Assembly: GCA_045837725.1 (NCBI GenBank)
Contig: JBEWZL010000294.1
Span: 124,001-188,000 of the forward strand
Direction: 5' to 3'
Source: Vermamoeba vermiformis
Lineage: Eukaryota
Length of the DNA: 64,000 nucleotides
A program made the position numbers and the translations under genes. Position 1 is the stretch's first letter. Every line of letters begins with the position of its first letter. Under the pieces are notes generated by a model. It was not told where the DNA came from and did not search any database. It worked only from the letters and a program-made list of their open reading frames with translations. Positions 26,099-37,762 of this stretch are shown piece after piece.

Positions 26099-27065
26099 AT
26101 GTTGAAACTCAAGAGAACTTACGATGACATGGCCTTTGGTTCAAGCCCCTCACCTGCTTGCTCCCCGCACAAAATTACATTTTTGGACAATAACTCCGAG
26201 GGCTCTCCTTTCAAACGGGCTCGCACCAGCACTTATAATCCGAATCAAGGCTTCTTATCCACTTCTCCTCGTGAATCCAACTTCCCTACCACGAATTTTA
26301 ACATAGACAGTAAGCACTACTTTTTTTTATAATTATTTTGATTGAACATCACTATTTCAGCAAAATCCAGGATGGAGTTTTTTATTATTTTGAAATTTTA
26401 AATGAAATTCATTTTCTAAAACGCATTTTTATGACACAAATAAGCACATAATCATATGGTTAATATATTGCGAATTGGCTTATTCTTGGAAAGATTGGAT
26501 TGGTTATTCTCTTAATGATCTTAATTCTAATTCGTTATCTTCTGATATTTATCCCTTATTTACTTTCATCATCTCCTATATCCCCTTTATTGACAATATA
26601 ATTGTGACCAATAATTAATCATTTGACCGTTACGCAGATGTGGACGAGAAAAAATGGATCGAATGGTTGCCCGCCAACAGCCGTCGCAAGCTTCTGCATT
26701 ACGTCCAAAATACCTTGCAGAAGACCCAACAAGAGGAGAAGGCTAATATTGAAAACAATCCATTCCAACCTCACCTTTTGAACCCGCAAATCCAACCCAC
26801 CAAACCCGCTCAACCTAATCCATTCAACCAACCCTTGAACACTAACTTTGACAAGCCCATCAGCAAGACTGACAGAATTTTCTCGATTGAAGATGTGAAG
26901 CAGATCATTCAAAGTGCTATTGAAGAGAGAGAAGATGAAATCCGTAAAGAGTACGATCGCATCCTCGAAGAAACTCTTCAAGATCAGTTCAAAAAGTTCT
27001 CTCAATTCAGTCAAGACTATATTGACAGACAGCTCAAGGATAGCACTTACAACTACATGATTTAA
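26099..27065 (+). CDS. AKIRIN: Akirin
   Basis: N-terminal LKRTYD...SPFKRAR; C-terminal FSIEDVKQIIQSAIEEREDEIRKEYDRILEETLQDQFKKFSQFSQDYIDRQ...NYMI matches the Akirin coiled-coil end. Confidence 0.85.
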
Positions 27066-27369
27066 TCAAAGAACTTTTGTCAGCTGCATCCTCTCTAACA
27101 ATTGTAATATAACACCACCTCGGCATAATACTCGCAGTCATCGAATACGACTATTATGAACCTTTCACCTTGTATTGATTTTTGTTTTAAATATCGGACG
27201 TATCTGTTTTGTAAATAAATTTGCGTAGTCTAGATGACAAAGTTTTGCTTTAGATTAATGCTAGCAAGCACTCAGTAATAGATTGGTATGAACATTTATC
27301 ACTGGAATTCAAATTTACAGGCAGAATAATCGACAATTTACACAAGTGACAAAAAATTCATTGCTAGGT

Positions 27370-28915
27370 CTATTTTCGCAATTGACATTTGCCGTTCTTA
27401 GCGCAATAACAACACGCCCAAGTGGGTTTGTGATTGGTAATGTACTCGGCAATGTTGTGGCCCTTGTGACAGGTCTCAGCACAGTTCTTACACAGCCCTA
27501 ACAACACCACGGCATTAGCTCGAGTTCAACAGTTCAGCAGCCTGACTGTGACTTACAGTTGTACTTGCAGTCCTTGCACGTGTAGTAGTCCATCACTTGA
27601 CCCTTGTCCTTCTCAAACACGTCTTTGAAGCACTGTTTCGGCTCATCACTGCGAACAGATTAGCACTGCAAGCCCCGCTCAAACACAGCTGTCACGTACC
27701 TCTTGAGCAGCAGTGGGCCGCTAATCACAATCTCCGCACCTGGCTCGAGTCCGTACTGCAGAATCGGTCGCTCTTCATCAGTGACAGTCGACTCGGCCTT
27801 GTTCTTGTTGTTGTTCTCTTCAAATCTGTTTTTGATCGTGAACACAGCGGCACTCCAGTCTTTGATCGGATTGCTGAGCTTGTCAAACTGTTCCTTCAAA
27901 TAGCTCTTCAAGTCCTTCACGTTGTCTGTGGGCTTGATCACCACATTCTTGAATCGAATGTCTTTCGCAGGCACGTAGACAGTGACAGTGACGGGCAGGA
28001 ATGAAGGCAGGGGCATGGCATTGCTCATGTAGGTGTCGTAGGACTCTTGTAACAGCTGCACGCACTCGTCAAAGCTCTTCACCAGGGCTGCGATCTTTTC
28101 CTCTGTGTCGCGCTTCAATCGATTGACTTTGCGATCAATTTTCTCTTTAGCTTGTTCTAAATAGGACCATTAATAGTCTCGATCAGTGTATCAACAGCGC
28201 TTAGTACACACCTGGTGTTAATCCTTTTCTGTTGGAATATTTCTCTTTTGTTTTGAGCATTTTTTCGGTGCATTCAGTGCGCAGTTGCTCTTGGGTCTTT
28301 TCGTACTTTGTTTTTAATTTCTGCACGTAGTATCATGTAAGTCACATGCTTGTACTGGAATATTGACACCACCGTACCTGATAATAGTCCTCAAAAGTAA
28401 TTAAGCTCTTTTTCATGTGTCGATGAAATATCGTTTCAATTGGTGAAAGTTGTTGATTGCCCTTGTTTCCGATATCGTTGTTATTGCTGTTAGCGCCATT
28501 TACATTATCACTGCTCGCTCCGAGTGGTTTCGCCTTGATCAAGTTCTCAAAATATTCTTTCGACGCTTTTTCTTTCTCTTCTTGCAATATTGATATGATG
28601 CGATCTATTTGTTTATTCTTAATCAATTGATTTTGTGTTGTCTTCGTGTTACAGCACGGACAGCTGTGTTTTCGATCGAGGCACTCGCTGATGCACGTCT
28701 TGCAAAAATTATGACCACAAGGCGTCATAAAACATTCTTTGATCAGTGTGAAACATATGGGGCATTGGTATTCTTCATATAGAGGCTTTATCTAAATTGT
28801 TTGAAAATTTTAGCAAATTCTTTGAGTAATTTTAGAATTTCGGATCTCTATTACTGGCTTAATTACGTACGGGGATTGACAAACTGATATCCGGATCATC
28901 CTCTATTTCCATCAT
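27370..28915 (-). CDS. RING-finger E3 ligase candidate with ubiquitin-like and C-terminal UBR-type zinc finger
   Basis: CPIC...TPCGHNFCKTC...CPCC (C3HC4); coiled coil; VVIKPTDNVKDLK...LQYGLEPGAEI (Ubl-like); YYTCKDC...LCKNCAETCHKGH...CYC. Confidence 0.78.
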
Positions 28916-29171
28916 TTCGAAATTTACTATTGAGTCGGTGTTAGGTGTGGTGTATTGTTAACGAGCGAATTCAAGACTCACTCGACAGTTGAAAAATTTA
29001 TTACCTACACGATCGTTATTGTATATTATATATTGAATATGGACACTAAAGAGCGTATGAATAGCATTGTCACATTAAGGAAAAGTGATTTTATTCACAG
29101 AAAGAGATACAAAGTTAGATGTGCTTGTGTTGTGTCTTCAATCAACACACGCACATCGGTGGTATTGATAT

Positions 29172-30439
29172 TTAGAGGTTCATGGCGTTGAGTACTGTCT
29201 CGCCGCGCTTGAAGCCAGCAGACCAATCAGTGGGGAGTGAGTAGGGCTGAGTGATTTCTACTCCTGCTGCTGTGATCTTGCCCAATTGGATCTGCGCGAC
29301 ATTGTGTGAGTAATGTAATCATGTGACATTAATAGGCATATAATATGTACCTTGTTGATTGTTCGTGCATCGCGGTAGAACAAAACACGCATGCAATCTT
29401 CGAGCAATTGTCTAAATACAGGTGATTAGTCATCGCGAATGTAACATCAATCATTGCTGAATATCGTGCTGTGTGGTATATAAGAGATTGTTAAATACAA
29501 CACTACTTACTTGGCCTCCTGTTCGGTGAGCAGTGAAGTGTTGTTGTCAGCCAAGCGCTTTTGAGCTCGGTTGCGCATGATGGGACGAGCCAAATGTGCG
29601 CCATAACCAGTGGCGAGTGTTGCGTCCTCGTACGATGAGCCGTGCAAGTCGACATAGCCCAAGAAGGGTCCCTCTTGCGACACACCACCCACGACCAGTT
29701 GATTCCAGAACGGGTCAAACTTGTTGCGTTGGTTGTAGAGCTTGCGCGTCAAATAGTTCCAGACCTCTTTGGGCGATCTCTTTTGACCGTCGTCGCTGAT
29801 GAAGTCTTCCTTGCTGCAGACTCGCTGTTAGTACTGAGGGGATGCAGATCTAGCCTGCCATTGAATGGTGTGATACGTACACTAAGTCCTCGAGATCGTG
29901 CAGCAGTGTTTGTGCGTCAGACAATTCGCCGCTCATGCCCACAATGGTGTGCGTACCAATAGCGTGCAAGCGCTGAACATTTCTGAATCTGGCCATAGAG
30001 CCGTATGAGGCTATTTATTGCATCAGTATATTAGTAATTATATTTTTGGTGTATTAACCGTAATCCCGTGATGAAATTTAAATTGTGACAAACGCTTATT
30101 GTTTGAAAAATTTTCAGATTTGCTTCAATTAAGATTAATAATTACCTAAGGTATCAGACGCCATCATAATACCGTCTTTATATTTAATAGCTAATACTGA
30201 AGCACCAGTAACCATTGGGTCTCTTTTAAAAAATAATTATTAATTTTTAGTCAAAGCAATTTATTTATTATTTGAGCCAATTTGACGACAAATTAAATTA
30301 TATTGACGAATAGTGGTATTGTTACTTATGATACGTACTGAGTGTGTGTAATTGGTGAAGCATGAGCTGGGATTTGAGCAGTGTGATGCTCAGGAATTTC
30401 TGGGCGTAATAAAAATGAGCCTTGACCGTGTTGAGCCAT
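29172..30439 (-). CDS. PSMB4: 20S proteasome subunit beta type-4 (beta7/Pre4)
   Basis: PMVTGASVLAIKYKDGIMMASD...SYGSMARF...YNQRNKFDPFWNQLVVGG...ATGYGAHLARPIMR...MRVLFYRDARTIN. Confidence 0.93.
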
Positions 30440-30586
30440 AATTACTATATTATATAATAAACACTGGTATTCGGTGGTGTTTTGCTGCTAAATAATTGGT
30501 TTGAAAAGGAAATTTGGCGTGCAAAGTTTTATTTTGTCATTTTGAGGGGCGAACTACGTGCTTTATTATTTCAGGCTCTATGAACA

Positions 30587-33500
30587 ATGAACGATAAGCT
30601 AGAACATCGGCTGTATATAACTTGTAAGTACAAGCGTAACGGAACCAAATTTCCGTTGGATGGCAGCACTAACATTCGCGTGTACTAGATAGGGATCATC
30701 ATGGATGGGAGCACGTTGAATCACGGTTACAAAAATATATGATAATCCAAGACCTCAAATGGGTCAGTAAAGACGATGTATTCACGCAGGATGTAGTTTG
30801 CGATGTGGACGTTGGTTTCCTAGCACAAGCACAATATGATCGCATGGCTGGCCAGCAAGCCACACTACCTTTTGTAAACTTGCACCAAGAGCCATATGTC
30901 AAATTATTCTTCGGTAAGCACGCAATAATAAGATCTCAGATCCAGCTTATTTTGTAATTAGAGCTTCAAATATAACTAACAGCAATTTTAAAATATTATT
31001 GAACATTTTTTTACTAAAATTCTAACAACATTATGACAATATAATTTACCGACAAAGTATTTATTAACCGATCGTGGTTCAGTGGCCCCGAAGGACTACG
31101 AAGAATACAAAACAGATGTGAGACCAGTGCTGCGCGACTGGGTGAATTCATTTCAAGACAAAGACGTCGAGTATTTGATCGTGTACATTGACCTCAACAA
31201 GAAGCAAGGCATGCTCGACAAGCTCAATCTGCGCAGTATATTCGGCAATCTGCAGACTGAATTCAACAAGACCAAGTACGATCGGTGAGTACCCCTCGAT
31301 ATGTGCCGCACTATAGCCCTGTCTGACGCGCGCAGTGTCTGTCAATTCAAGCCAAACAGTCGCGAGGAGAGTGACAGCACGTGGCAAGATTTCTGGCTGC
31401 GACTCAAAGAGGCATTGGGCCGCAGTGTGGAGCGCGTGGTGGAGCAGTACAAGCGCGAGGTGAAGAAGTTGTTGGGCGAGCGACCGCTGCCTGGCTGGAA
31501 CTTCTGCAAGTACTTCACCGTCGTGGAGGGACTCGCCTTTGTGTACGAGGCACTGCGCCTGTATGAAGACGCGCTCAATCTGTACGACGATCTCGAGGCC
31601 TTCCAGCTGAGTACGTGCGAATATATACCGGACTGATGCATATGATGCGTGTTGACACCCCTCGCAGGCATGGATGAGCGCGAGATTGCACTGCCCCTCT
31701 TCGGCGGCAATGAGAAGGGCGATGACAGTGGCTCGGTGCTCGACTTCAACAAGAAGAACTACCGCATGAAGATCGCGACCAGCACCATCACTGAATTCGA
31801 CTTCAGACAGTACTTGTTCGCGCGACAATGCAAGGTGAGGTGGAGGGACGGTCTTAGTCAGTGATGTTATATTAATGTGCTGCTTACAGCTCCTCTTCTG
31901 TCACGGCAGACCAGTCAAGCTCGCTGAGCGCGCCATGAACTTCATTCGCACCTTCACGCGGCTGTTGCACGCAGAGAAGTTCAACGAGCGCTACTGCAAT
32001 TCGTGGGCATTCACAGCTTACATGGATGTGGCGGAGACCCTGCGCGCCACTATCTTGCGCGGTGGTGTTGGCGGTGCAGTCACCAATCTGTCGCCGCTCA
32101 AATCGACGGACCCTGCAGCGATTGCGGAACATCTCGCTAAAACTCCGAAATTGTCCGCACGCAATTTGCAGAGGTTGAATTACCTTCTCGGAGACATTTA
32201 TTATAATGCCCGCGTGACTGTAAGTGCGATATGATATGGTGTTGTTATTAATGACCCAATTTGCAGCTGGAACACTTGGGCTCGAGTTACAATCTGCTGC
32301 CACGTGACAGACGAGTCATTTTGAGTGAAGAGTCGTTGAAGCAGTTCAACATCACGGGCCTGGAGAGCACGAACACGTCCAACCAAGTGTTGCCGACGAA
32401 CAGAAAGCTCTTCTTGGAAGAGGGCAAGAATGACGTGCAGCTGATGGAGATCTTGGACAGCGACTCCAAGCCCGAGGAGAAGTTGGAAGAAGAGTCGCTC
32501 GATAAAGAGAACGCGCGCAAAGCTTTGGAACAGCTGTCACTCTCGCAATCCCCGCCACCCGATGCTATTATTCCCCCGCCTGAGGGAGTGCACGTTGAAG
32601 GTGAGCCGTTGACAGATGTCAAAGAGAGCACTGAGCCAGTGCCCATGAGTCCAGAAAAGAAAAAGAAGCGTCGCCGCGGATCATTGCGCTCCAAGACTGA
32701 CAAGAACAGCGACGAGAGTGACGAGAGCGAGGATGAGGAGGACGAGGACAAGAGTGACAGTGTCGATCAGAGTGCTGCAGCAACTGACTCCGCGGACCCA
32801 GCACAACCAACCGAGGATTCAGTGCATGACTCGTCCGAGCAGTCCAATGTGAACACAACGAGTGCCCAGGATGAGACGAAGAGCAGTGAGAACACAGCCA
32901 GTGAACTGACCAATCAGAGCACTGGACAACAGAATGCACCCACCACTGCACAGACCAATGAGAGCAAGCCTAGCGAGAACACAGCCAGTGACGTCAAGAC
33001 TGACAGTCCTCAGCAGCCTGTCAGTGACACGCAGTCCGCGGCACACAAGACTGACGAGCCCAAGAGTGACAAGAATGACGTGCAGTCCACCCCTTCAGTC
33101 AGTGAGAACAAGACTGAGGTGCCGAGTGACAGCAAGACTGCGCAGAACACACCCAGCACTGAGAACACTGCCGTGACACCTGTCAAGAGCAGCACTCCAA
33201 CCAACACGAAGCGTGATCTGTCGGGCAAAGTCGACTTCAACAAGATTCGCGATGGCACATTTGAGATCACACACCCCATTCTCATTACTGGCACTGCGAA
33301 TGAGGCCTCATTTGACAAGTTGTACACGGTACGTAGACTTCACTTTGACACGTGTCATTCACTCACCTCTTCCTCGCAGTCTCTGACAAACAAGGCTATT
33401 CAATGCTTCACAGACGTAGAGCGACATCGCAGTGTGATGCGTTTGAGTCAAGAGCTCGGCAACCTGCACTTGTAAGTCACTGTTTGACACGTGTCATTGT

Positions 33501-36241
33501 GCGATGTCTAACGGAGTGCTCAGTGTGCGCGGCAACTACGACAATGCAGTGACGCTGTTGAAGAGTGTGCTCAACTTGACCAACAGCGCAGCTTCAGCGG
33601 GCTCATCTGTCGACAACTGGCACCCGCTGTCATTTGTCGTGCATCACCGCCTCGCTCTCGTGCACCTGATGAACAACAACTTCAACGAGTACGTAGCCAC
33701 TAGTGTCTGCAGTGCGTAACTAACAAGGACGCAGCTTCTTGACCTCGCTGATTGAACTCTTGTCGCCACCCATGTTAGCGCTGCTCGACGACAGTGATGA
33801 GCGCGCACGACTGCAGCAGTGGTACTTTGATCTGCTGCTGCACGTCAGCAAGCACAAGCTCTCTGTGGGTACGTGCATTATTGATTGCATTCACTCGACA
33901 CGTCTAATCGTACAGCAGTGAGTGAGCAGTCCATGTCGAGTGTCGTGGAGCCAGCCATCTCATTCCCGGGCTTTGGATTCACGCGCCAGTGCAACATGCG
34001 CGACACAGTCACGATCAATGTGCACCTCACTTCCTCGCTGCCTCAGGTATGCTAATGTCGCGCTTGTGCTGGTGAACTAACGCTGTGCTAGACATTGGTG
34101 GCGGATAAGTTGTGTTTGCAACTATTCTCACAAAAAAGAGCTGCAAAGACTAGCAAGCTGTTGAGTGGCGACAAGACACCGCGCGGTGGCGAAGAAAAGC
34201 CCAATTTTGTGGTGATTGATTTGACAGGTGTCAATCTCGTGCCCGGCAAGAATGTCTACTCGTTGACATTTAAGGCAAGTGACAGCAATGAATCATTGCA
34301 GGTATTCTAACAGCGCTGTCCAGCCTCCCTCCAAGAGCCGTTACATCTGTTACAAGTTGTGGATTGAGATTGGCAATCTGATTCTCAGTCAGACACTGCT
34401 GCCCCCGAGCATTGACAACCCTCATCAACTGCAGCGCAAGCACTACAAGACCTTCAACTACAACAACATTGCCAACAATCAGCGGATCTGGTCCATCAAT
34501 GTCGCGCACTCCTCGCCCACTGCGCTGCTGCACGTCAATCTGCCAGGTAAGTGCACCAGTGTCCCACTAGTCCATATTCAATACACCACTAAAACATCAC
34601 GCACAGAGCACGGTCACATGGTGGTCGGGTGCTGGCAGACAGTGCAAGTGGTGATTGACACGGAAGAGGATCAGCTGACCAACAAGCCCAGTCTGTACAT
34701 CAAGAGCAAGAACTTGATCACCACTACTGGCTCCGCGGTGCAGACACCCCTCGAGGAGTCCTCTGATGGCATCGCTGACACGCCACTATCTACGCCCGCT
34801 GAGGAGAAGAAGGACGAGAAGAACAAGGACACTAGCAACACCACCAATAAGGGACCTGTTGAATTCCCGCTCGTGATCCCCGACAAGTGTCAGTTGAAGG
34901 CCAAAGTGACCACTGGCGACACGACCAGTGAAGGTGCGTGCTCTATCAGTAGCTCGCGTGCACACAGACTAACGACCCCTCGCAGTGACGGTGCAGCTGG
35001 TGAATGGTCAGGTCACACTGCCCACACTCGGCACACACGCGCGCATTGAATTTGACTTGCCACTCAAGGCCCTGCACTCGACCGATCACATTCACGAGGT
35101 GTCCTTCACTCTCAAATATCGCGAGGCCTGCAACGAGAAGTTTGTGATCAATCAGCTCTCCGACCTCAACTTCATTCAGCCCTTCAACACGGCGCAGTTC
35201 ATTCTCGCAAACAAGCCCAACAATCGGTACGTGCCTCACTCATATGACAGCTGTCTGCTGTGCTGACTGTTGTGACAGCATTCTGTTGCGCGTCATCTTA
35301 GAGTCGCTGTGTCCCTCGCCCATTGAAATCATCGAGTACAGACGCGATGCCAGTGCTGATGAGAGCAACAAGGACTACAAGGCTGTGCTCGACTGCAATC
35401 ACTACATTAAGGCCATGGTAACACTATTATCATATACATTACCCTCGCTCTAACCCTCGTGCAGACGATCAAGCCCAAAGAGAAAGTCAGTCTGTTGTTT
35501 GAACTCGAAAAGCTGGTGCAAAAGAGCGCGACACAGGGCACGTCAGGGGCCCTCAAGACCTCCGACGAAGAACTGATCAACAACGCCCTGCTCGTGGCAT
35601 TCACCTTCTATTATCGCTTCACCAAGTACGAGCACAAAGAGATTGGTCGTGTCAAAGTAGATCCGCGTCACAACATCTACAACACCCCCTACCTCGAGTG
35701 GAAACACTTTGTGCATTTTGATGAGCTCAATAAGAACCCCATGCTCGAGCGCACATTGACAGGCCCCATGCCAAGCGATCAATACGACTACGAGTACAGT
35801 CTCAGCACACCGCACACTGACGAGCCACATCTCAAAGGACACTGGATCCAAGTCACCGTGCGCGTGCATCGACTCACCAAGACCTCCACGGCACCCCCTG
35901 CAGAGATCTCGTTCAGACTGGAGTACGACACTGCCTCGTGGCTCGTGTCGGGCAAGATCCGCGGCTATTTGCGGCCCTCAGCGACAGGTCACGAGCACGT
36001 GCTCAACTTCAAGATGTTGCCGCTCGTCGCTGGTCAATTGCCCCTGCCCTCGCTGCAGCTCGACAATCTGTCGCTGCTGTTCAAGTCCACGAACATCAAT
36101 CACTACTACTACGCGAACTACGCACAGCGCGATGACACGTCACGTGATCAGCACGTGATTGTGTTCCCGCAGACCAATGTGATGAGTGTCACCGAGAAGA
36201 TAGTGCTCAACGATCCGCTCAGCAAACCTTACTTTACTTAA
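30587..36241 (+). CDS. TRAPPC10: TRAPP II subunit TRAPPC10 (Trs130)
   Basis: LPGWNFCKYFTVVEGLAFVYEALRLYEDALNLYDDLE, FDFRQYLFARQ, C-terminal WLVSGKIRG...LPLVAGQLPLP; long S/T/E-rich insert at 32.5-33.2 kb. Confidence 0.87.
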
Positions 36242-36309
36242 GTAACCTCACTTGTAATAAATACACCGTATGTCTGTACAAATCACTGGCCCTCGTGCTC
36301 GTGCAGCAC

Positions 36310-37621
36310 TCACTTCTTGCCTCGTCGCGATGGTTGACGACGTTTGGGCGCAGAGTCCTCAGTAGTGTCCTCTTTCTTCTGGCGCTTCTTCACCTGTTCG
36401 TCGCTCGGCTCGTCTGTGCGCTCATCGCTCTTGCGCTTGCGGTTGTTGTTGCGCTTCGGCTTGTCGTCGGCGAGTGCACCAGTGGCCTTAGCAGCACCAC
36501 CAGTAGTGAACTTGACGGTCGGATCGTGCGTGAGCGTCAACTTTTTGTTCTGTTTGAGGTGCGCGGGCAGTGTTTTGATGTGATTGATCTCCAGATCCAG
36601 CTTGGTCAGGGTCTTGATGTTGAACAGCTGCTCGGGCACTTGTTTGAGCTGATTCGCGAACAAGATGAGTTCCTGCAAGTGCTGCAACTGTCCAATCTCG
36701 CTCGGCAGACTAGGAATGGCATTGTGTTCGAGCACCAACACGCGCAGATTGGTGAGCTGACACAGCTGCGCGGGGAATGCACTCAGTTTGTTGCCGCTCA
36801 AGTTGAGTGTGTGCAGATTGGTCAATTGGCCTATGCTCGCAGGCAGTGCGGTGAGTTTGTTGTTGCTCAGATCCAACTCGCGCAGTTGTGTGTTGAGACC
36901 GAGGGACTCGGGCACCTGTTTGATGTCTTTGCTGTGGTTCAGCTGGTTAGTTACCATATTAGGCAAGTACAGTGTCTGCAGCACTCACCGTGCCCACTTG
37001 AGACAAGTGACACCCATGTCACGTGCGCGCGTGAGTTCCTGTTCGATCACGTGCTCGTCCCACGAATAGGCCTTGGACATGGTGCGCTCGTACTCCATGT
37101 TCTTCTGCAGGTCTTCAATGCTGTTCGCATTCAAGTGCTTGTTGTTGCCGACGTGTTTCAACAGCTCCTCGAGCTCTTCAATGGTCCACGGTGCCTCTTC
37201 ACCGCCCTCGTCTTCATCGGCTTGTTCACCGCCCTGTCGCGGATCAGTTCACGAACGTCACTTTGATGCAGGTGATACACTACCTCGTCTTCGAGACCCT
37301 CTTCGCCAAACTTGTTGTAGTCCTCTCGTTTGGACGGATTCGACAGCACGGCGTAGATCTTGACCAATTGCTGGAACTTCTCTTTCGCTTCCTGTTGCCC
37401 ACTATGATTATTTGGCCGTCTGCACAATAATACTTTTAACCGTGTACTTACAGAGTCATCAGGATTCTTATCTGGATGGTATTTAAGCGCTAATTTGTAA
37501 TACGCTTTCTTGATCTCATTTTCACTCGCGCTGGGTTCAACACCGAGGAACTGCAAGCATTAGATCATCATTTATATGCTCGTTGACTTACTGTATAGTA
37601 TTCAGTGTGAAGGACTGCCAT
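36310..37621 (-). CDS. DnaJ (J-domain) - leucine-rich-repeat protein
   Basis: LGV...[19 protein letters not shown]...Y.VLS; about 5 LxxLxLxxN repeats; basic NLS-like tail. Confidence 0.82.
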
Positions 37622-37762
37622 GTGTGGTGTTCTCGATTAAGAAATAATTCAAATTGGTTTGAAAAACCGTTGTAATAAAAACGCGGCAAAGCCAAGGTCA
37701 AATTTCACACGCTGAAATTGAACGTTAATGTAACCAACTGATAGAGTAATAACACAGTGTAG

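Noticed and set aside
36295-37266. 323-aa + strand ORF (also 898-1428, 50227-51306, 31148-31828, 47433-48026)
   Set aside because: Antisense shadows of real genes caused by biased codon usage; no motifs.
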